A DNA stretch of 58,742 nucleotides, the filler included, from Jimgerdemannia flammicorona (taxonomy: Eukaryota): the NCBI GenBank assembly GCA_003990765.1. It is 3 parts of 3 records of this genome, joined end to end, with 100 filler letters (N's around TTAATTAATTAA, not from the genome) between each part and the next. Parts side by side here need not be neighbours in the genome. Positions count along the whole stretch, not along the records: positions 1 to 19,517 come from RBNJ01001921.1; 2 more parts are not named here. One strand, 5' to 3'. Positions 1 to 10,899 of the stretch are shown piece after piece. The stretch's first letter is position 1; the number at the start of each line of letters is the position of its first letter. The translations under genes were made by a program, and so were the position numbers. Below the pieces are notes generated by a model. That model worked only from the letters and a program-made list of their open reading frames with translations. It was not told where the DNA came from and did no database searches.

Positions 1-66
<66 letters not shown>
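1..66 (+). repeat. poly(A) tract at contig start
   Basis: 66 consecutive A; possibly a retroelement tail where the assembly broke. Confidence 0.9.
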
Positions 67-68
<2 letters not shown>

Positions 69-344
69 ATATTATATTAATAATAAGTTATAAATTTCTT
101 ATAAATTTAAGAGAGAAAAAGAGAGAAAGCAAAAAAATGGTAAAAAATAAGATAGAAATATATATAATTTTTATTTAAATTTGAAAAATAGAGAAAGAGA
201 GAAAGAGAGAAAGAGAGAAATAGATGAATTAAAATTAAAATTAATTATAAAATAGACAATCCATATTTCAAATATTATTTCTGCTTTTAACTTCATTTTA
301 TATAAATTTAAAAAAATGATTTGTAATTTAAGTACTATTTTTAT

Positions 345-830
345 TATCTGGCTAAATTCTATTTAAACCGGGAGGGAGGGAGGGAGGGAGAAACTGAGAG
401 GAGGAAATGATTCATCAATGCACCCGATTCGGCTACCTGGCTAAATTCCATTTAAGCCACGAGGGAGAGAGAGAGAGAGATTTGGAAATGCGCCGAAATA
501 AAGGTTCCATTTCGGCTGGCCGGCCAAATTCCATTTAGGCTGGGATGAAGGGAAAGAGAGGGAAAGAGACAGAGTCAGAAATGCATGCAACCATTTCGGC
601 CACCTGGCCAAATTCGAGGGAGGAGGGGGAGACAGTGAGTCAAAAATGCGAGCAATGGACAATCGGTAATGTGGGAGCCATTTTGGCTACCTGGATAACC
701 TCTATTTAAAGCGGAGGGAGGGCGTGGGAGACAAGGACAGTCCGAAATGCGTTTGTAAATGTGCCCGAAATCGTTGATCGTTGAAAAAAAAAGATTATCC
801 GTCCCAATATTTATATACACGAATTTCGTG
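345..830. repeat. degenerate ~80-90 bp direct repeats, possibly the subterminal region and right end of a CACTA-like element
   Basis: About 5 copies of a ccatttcggc(t)acctgg(c)taaattccatttaa core followed by GA-rich tracts. The region ends in AATTTCGTG (822-830), the same terminus as at 48085. Confidence 0.5.
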
Positions 831-1112
831 ACAACCTTTGAAAAGACGCGTGAAAGGGCGCATTCACAACAAGCGAACGCTTCATTCAAATCATATTAAT
901 CATATTATTAGTATTGGTCATTGAAAATTTGCGAGGTCCAGATTCTTCGGAACGTAAAACGAGATTTACATCCGTCTCTATTTCTTGGTATTAATATGTT
1001 TGGTTTTCTATTCACAACAAAGAATTTAATGTGCTAGATACAAATTTGAAACCCTAGTGATAGAAATTCCTTCATATCATTGAGGCACTATATGAAGCGT
1101 GCGGGAGGTAAA

Positions 1113-2927
1113 TTATTCTTCAATAATTTCAAGAAGAGAACCCAGGCCTTCTGGTCCTCCCGAGATCGATATCAAATCATCCATATTAAGAAAGTAGTTC
1201 TGCACTAGGTCCATCCGTGTCAGGACTGTTTCCATTCGTGACTCCATTTCCTGCAGCTTCTTCAATACTTTCTTAGGCGATTTTTCAGAGGACTTGACTT
1301 TGCCACGGTATTTTTCAGACGATTTTTTAGCGAACTTGACTTTACTATGGTGTTTTTCAGGTGATTTTTCAGAGACCTTGGCTTTGCCACGGCCTTTTTC
1401 AGGCGATTTTTCAGAGGACTTGACTTTGCTACGGCCTAATCCGATGAATTGGATCAACCCCCTGTGAAGAGGAAGAGGACGAGGGAGTGTGCAGGAAATA
1501 TGAACAAAGGATGAGGCAAACATCAGATACTGCTGGTTCCGAATGCCTACCTGGGTTTTATACGTTTCGCTCCGAAGAGAAATATGTAGATACCAGTAAG
1601 TGCAGCTGGAAGGTACACATTCGGGAGGGTCAGAGTATGTGTCGATGGTGTTTCTCAAATGACATTATCAATTAATTCACTTACAGAATATGCCACCGAT
1701 AGACGACACCACAGTTAACGCAGTCGTGGCACTATCATAGGGAAACCGCGAAAATTCTGTGAAATGAACACGGCTGGAAGAGAATATGAAGATACTATGT
1801 AAACTATGCGAGACAAACTTACTGGAACAGGCTTTTGTACACCTTGCCATCGCCAACTTCAATATGAATAGTGACTTCGATACTTGAAGAATTCCCAATG
1901 ATATTCATATTGGAGGTGTCCAGTGTGGTAATTTGGCGTCGGTAGGCGAAGGGAATGCCCTGTGAGTGATACACGAAGCATAGCAGGGGTTTGTCACACG
2001 ATTTCATCACAAAACTACACTAAAAAAGTAATTGGAAGTATAAACACCTACCAATTTGCCCAACCAACTGTTCTCATGAGTGAAGTAACTCCACACGGTT
2101 TCAGTAAATTTGACTGATATTATACTTTTCGGCCTGATATATATAGAACTGTAAGTATCTTGAATGTACGGGTTTTCTTCGGCTGACTCTTTAGTATTAT
2201 TATTCGTAAAAAAATTCGAGGCTAAGCGCAGGGAAGAAGGTGAGTTAAATTGCGTGACAAACAAACTCAGGTTAAACTGCATTGGGTCCTCCCCAACCTT
2301 ACATTGGTGTAAAATAAATGCCACCGCCACGATGGTCTCGTTCTGGATTACGTTGCCCGTTGCCGTGTCAGTGATATTTATTGCCAAGTAATACGCGGTG
2401 ATGTCGTTGGAGGATTTCTGCTTGCCGTTTGCCGCCAGAGTGACGTTTACAGGGTGGACGACATAGCAGTCCGTGTATCCCGTGTTATTGGAAAGGCGTG
2501 ATACGTATGGGAATCCATTGGTGCTTGAGCTGAACCATTCGATATTGGGTGGCCGAAAGTAGCCGCAACGAAATGTGAAGTGGAAATTGTTGGGTTCATA
2601 CGGACAGATGACGAAATCTGGTACAAACCCAGTAAAATTTTGTTAACACCACGCAAAAGGCACCACATGCAACAGTGCTCCAAATAGAGTACCTGGAGCT
2701 GGAGCGGGCTGGGCTTCCTCTGCAGACTGCTCTACAGTCCACTTATCGGCTACCTCTTCTTCTAATCCGTCAAAGGTTAACCCTATCAATAAAATTAAAA
2801 AGAGCACCGAGATCGCTATGCGGAGATAACCTATCCAGAGGCCTTCACCATCCTTGGGAGGGCCAAAGATTGCCAATGCATTCATGAAACGCTTGGGCCA
2901 GCGGGCGGCGGATTTCTCCTCGCTCAT
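1113..2927 (-). CDS. two-transmembrane protein with DEG/ENaC-like motifs (~435 aa, about 7 exons)
   Basis: GT-AG exons 2927-2693, 2617-2303, 2221-2052, 1959-1823, 1731(or 1773)-1685, 1605-1551 and 1461-1113 join in frame; the 81-nt intron 2 is in frame and could be read through. Product: MSEEKSAARW..TM1 (IAISVLFLILLIGL)..PAPDFVIC..loop with NxS/T sites..TM2 (VVSSIGGIFSALTGIYIFLFG)-AKRIKPRGLIQF..coiled-coil-like LQEMESRMETVLTRMDLVQNYFL. Confidence 0.85.
1270..1432 (-). repeat. in-frame 39-bp (13-aa) tandem repeat x4 in the last exon
   Basis: KVKSSEKSPEKGRG/KAKVSEKSPEKHHS/KVKFAKKSSEKYRG/KVKSSEKSPKK. Confidence 0.85.
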
Positions 2928-3994
2928 CTTTGGTGGAAGGATTTTGAGAACAAGTGTGGTGTTGGCAAATCTCAGTTGTGCAGATATTCTCAATATATAA
3001 AGACATTGTCGAATCCGAAACCATTACGAATGTGTGCGTGTGAGATCGCGGTATTATGAAAGCTTTGCCGGGAACTATGACTCTGGCTTATTCTGGGTAG
3101 GGGTCAACTTGGTTCGAGTTACGGGAACTATTCTAATTACACCGTTAAATTTCCTTTTCGTTCTTTTGCATTGATCTCACGGCTGAATCTTTTGAGCTTG
3201 TGGCACTACGGAAGCTTTGACAGGACGCCGGTCTAGACCTTTGTGCTACGCCACCGTAGCCGAATTAGAACCAACTCTGTGACTAAATTGGGCACGTCAG
3301 GAAATCTAGATCTACGATTGCGGACACCGATAATCATGTGTCAGGTGTTGGATTGTAACACGTTACGCTATAAACATGAATAGAATTAATCGCCTGTGCC
3401 TATTAATTTGGCCCAACGTACATATCTACAACATGAATGAAAGAGTGTAAAGCCGATATATTTCTGTGCTGGCGGGTATATACCGAAATTGTTGATTATG
3501 ACGGTCGTGCTGCGGGTATATGATCAGCATGAATGACACAATACTGATCACATGTCCGTCTGTGTAGTATACTCGGCAAAGAGCCGATTACCAATTACTG
3601 GATTGGAAAGCCCTGTACCAAAATTCAATTCACATTGACACACACCTGTACTACATGGCTACTTGTGCAACCTTGGTTCCGATACTCCCCCTCCAGAAAA
3701 AAGATGGGGAGATCCGAAGCCCATTCAGACCACCCGCTGCTATTGTGACCCCTCAGCCGAACCTCCATTCCCGCAATTTAGCCCACTCTCTCTGCCCTTC
3801 CAAATCACCAAAATTACGCGCATTTTACTATTCTAGCATAACTCTCCACTAGCGTTCTCCTAGGAGCCGAGGCCTCGGCTTCCGCTCTGACGCCAGTCCT
3901 TCACTCACAATCCCGCGTCGCATGACCCGTCTCCCGTGCTACACAAACCCCCCACCTCATGATCCCTGTGCCATTCATACACTTACGGGCATGC

Positions 3995-4455
3995 ACCAGA
4001 TAATTCCCGAGGTCGACTACGCAGCGGCAACGTCATCAGCCTTGTAGAGGCGCTCAACGTCCATGCAAACGACAAGACTGTCATCATGTACTTAGAGGAC
4101 GAGGTGAGTTTCGCCGACTTCAGTAGTTGAGTAGACTTGTCGTGGTGTGTGTGGTTAGGGTGAACCATGCGGTTCTCATTTTGTGCGGGACTTAGTATTA
4201 TTATTTCCTTCCCCTTCTCAATGACTATATCTGAAACTTCTGTCTTAATCTATATTATCCTTTTTCCCTGCCATACTGCAGATCGTCGACTCCGTCAACG
4301 ACATCCTGTGGACAAGCAACTGCGAGGTAGATAGGGAAACGGACATGAAGCACTGGAAGCTATTTCGAACCATGCATGAGGATAGATGATCAATGGTGGA
4401 TTATGAATGAGTTGGGGTGGGATGGTTTCCATGATGTGGCAGCGGAATACTGAGG
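3995..4455 (+). pseudogene. GID4/Vid24-like pseudogene fragment, copy 1
   Basis: Reads ..SLVEALNVHANDKTVIMYLEDE|gtgagt..cag|IVDSVNDILWTSNCEVDRETDMKHWKLF, matching the GID4 MEALNVP..EGEIVD..W..D.HW pattern; has frameshifts and stops. Confidence 0.75.
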
Positions 4456-5324
4456 TGAGTTTCTTGTATGCATGAATCATTGTTTTCTAATTTGTAAATC
4501 TTGGTGAGCATGTAATATGGTATCACCAGCACAGCTGTTGACTGGGTGGTCATCAAGGTTATGTCCAATAGCATCTGTAGCAGTAATAAAACCATCGCAC
4601 ACAAGTATATTACTCTGATTAATTTTGCTATAAATCAAGACTGAATTGATGCTTTGGGACGTTATATGAGCCTGTGAAGGGACTAATCGGCTAGACCAAG
4701 TGGGTGATTGTAGAAGTCCTTTTCTCACATGTGTTTAATAAATGAGTGGGCTGCGTCCCACCAAATCAATTTGGGTTGTCTTACTTCGACCATTTGAATC
4801 GCATGGATTCGGTTGATGATCGTACTTAGAGTTTCCTGTTTGTAAAACACCCGGTTCTGAAACACTTTGCTACTCCAATTGTGCCGAAATAGATGAGGAT
4901 GAAGAGACTTCGTCGCCAGCCACCCAGCCACGTGAACCAACATTTAATTCGACTTTGACGTTATCACGAAGTTGGCAAAACCCACAGAGGACATTGTACA
5001 GGAGCGGTTCGGCTGCAGGCTCTCTCTGAAAACACCGTAGTTAACTTGCACAAGTTTTTACCGCCGCTGGGCTTCCTTAACTGAGATAGGTTTTATTTGT
5101 TATTTATCCATTCGTCAGTAACTTCGTTTTCCCAAACCTTTCTGGACATCGCAGGCGAGGCATGTACACCCCTATTCTAAATATGTAATATATTTCGCAG
5201 GCAGATTTGCCTTCATTAAAGATGGATCCAGAGGGTGTTTTCCAAGGGAGTCGCTTGGGTTGGGGCGACCGCTCAACTCAGCTGTGACATCAATATGGTC
5301 TGATTTTTTATATTAAAAATATGC

Positions 5325-5470
5325 ACATCACGGCGTGGCATTCTCCGACTGTGCCATGTTCATAGTAATGGTAGGGATCGGCGCACTAGCAAACCTCACA
5401 CGTTTTGCAGGTGTCGTCAGTTTATATTTTACGAGCCAAGGACTGAATTGCCAGCTGTGTAGTATTAGTC
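5325..5470 (-). pseudogene. Cys-rich fragment, copy A (homologous to 32340-32530 and 36372-36560)
   Basis: One frame reads DDTCKTCEVC*CADPYHYYEHGTVGECHAV; clear nucleotide homology to the two other copies. Confidence 0.45.
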
Positions 5471-5725
5471 TGGGATAGCTTACTGTGGGCCTCTCCTAGT
5501 TTCACGCATGTTGCAGCTAGCCAACTAGTTCTCCAAACTGGTAGGATATCCGAAATCCGTTTCAGCGGCTAATAGGGTCGACAATGGAGTCGACGAGTAT
5601 CAAGGTGTGACCACGATAAACATGCTCGGGGAATATAGCCGCGGTATTGGCAATCAAACACAACCGTCTTGGTCCTATCTCCTGCTGACTGATCGAGGCG
5701 TTATCGTATGAACTGGAAGGTTCTA

Positions 5726-5818
5726 CTTGCGACAGGAGTCGAACAACCATAAACAAACCCGATGTCATCACATAATTATATCTATTGTAAAACAGGCCAT
5801 TCAACTTGTGTCGCATAG
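5726..5818. mobile_element. MITE (~93 bp) flanked by TA
   Basis: Imperfect TIRs cttgcgacagg.. and ..cttgtgtcgcatag; homologous to 36877-36966 in the same flanking context. Confidence 0.7.
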
Positions 5819-5820
5819 TA

Positions 5821-6830
5821 CAAGTGGGAAGAAATAATGAAAGTCCGTGTGGCGTACCCTGGGGAACAAACGTTCAACCTGACTTACATCATCCCGACAA
5901 CGTCCTACGACCCAAAAATCCCCACACGGAAAATTCAGGTAAGGTTTGAAATTAATCTGGCTTGTCCCACTGTGATGGGTGACCCGTCCCTGGTCGAACT
6001 GGGTAAATGGAACTCGGGAATTTTTTCACTGCTGCTCGGGTATCAATGATTATGTTATCAACCGAGGCGTTTTCTCTGAATACGAGGTAGCATTCTTCGT
6101 CAAATGTATGCAAAGGGAGGATCTTTATGTGGGCGAGAATAATGAAAGTCCGTGTGGCATACTTTGGGTAAAGCTCGACAATGTTTTACCCGACTTAGGT
6201 CAATCCCGACAACGTGCATCCGAGTCCGGAGAAGGTTGTCGGAATGGCCTAAGTCGAGATGAACGACTCAAAGATCGCCACCTGCATCACAGTCAGGCGA
6301 ATCAAATAAAATTTGATCATCGGATGGTGTTCAAGATTTATTTGGCCTGTGCAACTACCCATCCTGGGTTCCGGTTGGAGCCCCCTTGTTCGGTTTATGT
6401 TTCCAATCTCGGCCAAATAAGGATCGACAACTGCGGAAAAATAATGAAGCCCTATGGCAACGATCGTCCCGATGACGTCTAAAATTTATTTAGCTTGTCC
6501 CGGTCGAACACTGTAGATGGGTACATTTCTGCAAATGGATCTCGGGAATTTTTTTCACCGTTGCTCGGTTAGCAATGTTTACGTTACCCCCCGAGGCGTT
6601 GCCTTTGAGTACGAGACATTCAAATAAATGCAAAGGGAAGATCGACATGTAGACGAAAATATTGAAAGCCTGTATGGCGTTCTTTGGGTGGAAACCGAAC
6701 GATGATTTCCAAATTTTATTTGACTTGTCTGACTGTGAACAGTGACCCGATTTGTTTGGAGCAAAGTTGGGCGGTATATTGCTGCAAATGGAGTTCGGAA
6801 AACGTTTCAGCGTACCTCGGTTATGAGGCA
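5821..6830 (+). repeat. internally repeated, CpG-retaining degenerate segment, probably derived from an unidentified gene
   Basis: aataatgaaagtccgtgtggc-like motif at ~5832, ~6138 and ~6658 and aaatggaactcgggaattttttca-like motif at ~6005 and ~6533; further copies at ~32720-32935 and ~36975-37300. Confidence 0.65.
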
Positions 6831-7139
6831 GAGAGTCAGAAATGCGCCTAATAATCATAAAAGATCACCTGTCCGAATATGTCGAATTTCGCGTTATTAC
6901 GTATAAACCTCAGTAAATTTTGATAAATTTTGAAGTTATAGAAGTTTACAAGAAAAAGAAATACTAAAAAAACTAACTCTATAGAAGATTCTCTGATTGA
7001 TTTACTATAATTTTATATTGTCAAATTTTATTTTAAAAAAAAAAAATTATTATGTTGCATCAGATTATGACGCCATCACAAACTTAAAAAGGGAATACCA
7101 TATAAATTTTATAATACTATGTATATAAATTTATAAATG

Positions 7140-7630
7140 ACGTAAATAGACGATTGAGATGGACGCGGACAGATGATTTAGGCGGACGCAGACGGACGAT
7201 TGAGGCATACGCGGACGGCGGACGCAGACGGGTGATTGAGGGAGACGTGGGCAGACGATTATAAATAAATTGATAGTGAGTTTTCCATCCCAATCATCTC
7301 TCTATCTCAATCATCCATCCGCGCCCACCTCAATCATCTGTCTACGTCCACCTCAATCGTCCACCTCAATGTCAGTCTGCGTCCACCTCAATCGTCCGTC
7401 CGCGTCCACCTTAATCGTCCGTCCGCGTCCACCTCAATCGTCCGTCCGTTTTTGAATCGTCCGTCCGCGTCCGCCTCAATCGTCTGTCCGCCTTTGCCTC
7501 AATCGTCCCGCCTCAATCATCCGTCCGCGTCCGCCTCAATCGTCCGTTCGCGTCCGCCTCAATCGTCCGTTCGCGTCCGCCTCAATCGTCCGTCCGCATC
7601 CGTTAGATGACGGAACGACGATTGAGGTGA
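7140..7630. repeat. 23-bp GC-rich minisatellite in inverted (foldback) arrangement
   Basis: gacgattgaggcggacgcggacg-like units at ~7149-7260, then reverse-complement units cgtccgcgtccgcctcaatcgtc at ~7290-7600, then forward again at ~7615. Confidence 0.85.
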
Positions 7631-8599
7631 TGGATTTTTGAAATGGCAATTTTTTAAATACCTCAAATGAGATAATAATAAAAAATTAAAAAAAAAAAAG
7701 CCTGTTAGCTTCTCCTTCAGGATTTTTAACTTGGTTACAATATCTTGAGCAGTATCAACTTCAGCTTCAAAAGGTAAGATCTGGTATAATAAACCTTTCT
7801 TTCAAGAAATATGAATACTATATAAACCCAAACCCCAGTCAAATAGTGTTCAAAAAATAAAATAAAATAAAATGCAGTGGAGTTTCTTGTAGTCTTATAG
7901 GGCAAAATGATAGTTTATTATCAATAGTAGAAGTTAACTTTAGATTTAGGTTTTAGCCAGGTAAATATATATATATGGTCAACTTTTGATATTGCAATAG
8001 ATAATAAAAACAATCCAGGAGAGAGAAACAGAAGACAAAGATTTTGATGATGTTTAGCTCTAAATTTTACATGATGTTATTATGTTGAGAGTCAGATTAT
8101 GGCAGCAGTTACAAAATTGGTCACATGGTTTCATTTATAGATTTGCCAGACTGTATGACTCCAACTTTATTTTACATTATGGAATACTATTCTAATTACA
8201 CTATTTCATTAATTTTACAGCTAAATCTTTTACTAATTGACCTCAAGACCAGGTACAGATGTCCAATTTGAATAGAATCGTATTCTTCTAGATACTGCCT
8301 GGTATTAAGATTGTTCAAAATTCCCTTTATATTGATATTTTAGTTAAATTTTTAAACTTATAGTGTATTTCACAAATAGAGCTAAATTAGATCTGATCTG
8401 AAAATAAAATCTTACTAGAAGCTGGCTCTAAAATAGATTATCTAAATTGAACTAATTAGATATATTTCCTCTTGAAAACTATTCTGAATATCTCTATTAC
8501 ATAGATATACCAGATTATAATATATTGTATATCATATATTGGGTTCTGAACAGATAAAGATTATCTGTCACTTTCTCTGCTATCTTAACAGTCACAATA

Positions 8600-9712
8600 G
8601 TTTGGTAGGCAATCTTCTGAGTCTACTTTCCACAATTATTACTTCCTCTACCTTGGATTGATTTGCTGTACCTATTGCAGAGCAGTGGGAGAGAGGCAAT
8701 GGTGATGAGTTGCCCCTTTATTGGTGTCAGATCAGTGTCTTCTCCACTTTTTTATGGTTTCTAGTACCTTTGGCTGCATCTGGAGTGCATTCATTTTGGT
8801 GCAGTGCCTTCTTTCTTTTGCTATCACCAATAAGGTACTGTCTCAGTATATATATCATGGGCTATATAGGGAGTCAGCCAACCTTGGGCATCAAGTGCTC
8901 AGCATAGGTTACCTATAGGTCCTCAGTACCTATGGTGGGGCTCTCTGGCTTTGGTGAGCTTCTTGGCAAGCATGGTTCTGGCATAGGTGACAGCTTTTTG
9001 GATGTTGTCAGATGGGAGAGGAGATGGCTGTCACAGATAGGAGAAAGGGTGATTATGATGAACCAGTAGAGTGCCAGACTGGGGGTAGTCATTGGGGCTG
9101 GAGTGGGTACTGCTTCAGTGGGGTCTTTTGATTGGTATAGAGTGGTTAGATATGTAGTAGGTATCACTCTTAACTTCTTTTAGTGATTCAGCAGATTGGG
9201 CCCTGGTTATTGGGGGGGGTCAGGGGGCTCAAGGCTACCCATTTCAGGCATCTTGGCTACACTCAACTAGAACTGAGAGCTGACATGACAATGTGATCAA
9301 GGCTCATAGACTTGAGTAGTAGGATATTGGGGGTCTCCTCCCACCTTATATATAAGTTCTTTACTCACCTCAACTGAGAGAACCAGGTTCTATCTACCAT
9401 GCTGTACTTTGATGAGAGTTTTTTCTTTGCCTGTCATTCTTTTTGGAGTAGTAGGGACTATTCTATTCAGCTCAGACATGGTCTTGTATATACATTGGGG
9501 TCTCAGGCATGTACTTTTGGTCATTGGTATATGGCTGGATTCCCCCTGGTGGTAGGGAGAATATGGTATATAGAATGAGGTGCAGGCCAACATAGGCTCT
9601 GCTGTACCTGATATGGTCAAGCTGCTAGACAATAACTAGTCTAGATTAATGGAGGGACAGTGCTTGATGAGTGGTAGGGGAGAGTTTTGGTCTATATAGT
9701 CTAGGTTCCCTT
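8600..9712 (-). mobile_element. CpG-depleted dispersed repeat of unknown class
   Basis: Reverse-complement homolog of ~54044-55200; both begin ..aacctagactatatag.. and share the gatcagtgtcttctc..tttcttttgctatcaccaataag block. Confidence 0.6.
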
Positions 9713-10469
9713 CTAATAAAAATCCATGAGAAATTGAGTTCGTTTAAAAAAAAAAAAAAAAAAAAGATAAAGATTACCTGAGCAGCAAACATAAATAGAT
9801 AATATAATATTAATTGTATGTTCTAGTATATACTTATTATCAAAAGATACTGCCTATATTGACTTTCAATAAACTTCACCCTTTAGTTGGTACTATTTTA
9901 GCTCAATAAAATTCATTTACATATCTGTTAATCTGTAACTAATTTTGATACTATTTCTTCAGAAAATATAATGATTACTCTATCTTACTATTATTCAGAC
10001 TATAATACTAAACCCTCATTTCCACCATTCACCCTGCTCTTAACATTCTGCCAAAATCACCAAAATTGTATATTTTATAATTCTTATATCACTCTTCACT
10101 TGCCTCCTCTTACTTCTTTACTCCAAGACCTCAGCTTCTACTCTCATATCCCAAATAGCTAAAAATGGCCAGTATTTTACTTATAAACTCATGTTGTATA
10201 ACACACCTCTCATATCATATAAGCTATCCATCTTTTATACAATTATAATATTAACTACAAACTAGTATCAACTCTTTAACTATGACCAGAGATGGTTTAT
10301 TTTCAACCAGTATTATATTAGCTAACAATACGTAATATTGGGAATTACTATAGTATTAGTGAAGAAATGGAGATTATTTTTATTAATCCTCTAGTTATAT
10401 AGTTTTTATATATTTTAGAGATTTTTTGATAATATAAGATTAATGATATTACTTTGGTAATATATATAT

Positions 10470-10899
10470 TGTGACAGTTGATCTGAATTATGAATATAAA
10501 TCAGGGGAATTAGATATTTTATCATAGTATCTGAACCCAATTCCTAATATAGTATAGCCATATAAATAGCAGTTATAGAACTTTGCTACTAGTGAAAACC
10601 TTACTACTAGCAAAAACCTTGCTACTAGTAAATACTTTACTATTAGCAAAATGACTCATAACTTAGCCATTTTATAGCTAGCAAACTTGTATAAATAACT
10701 CAGTATCTCAGAGTAAATAAACCTCAGATTCAAATAGTTTAAAATAAAGAAAAGCAAAGGAACTAGTAAGCCTGTAGGCAGATATACTTTGAACTTACCT
10801 ACCTCTGTATCCTGAGGACTCCATGAAGTCAAAGAAGATCAAGTTTTTAAGATACAGAAATCTGACATATTTTCAAGGTTAAGTATCTACTATGTTACA
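10470..10899 (+). repeat. 5' LTR of Gypsy element 1
   Basis: TG...CA ends, TATAAATA and AATAAA inside, followed by a TGG-starting PBS-like site at 10903 and then gag; partial homolog at ~52300-52480. Confidence 0.7.

Noticed and set aside
1462..1658. N-terminus of ORF 1113..1658 as a real protein start
   Set aside because: It is intron plus an out-of-frame exon of the larger spliced gene
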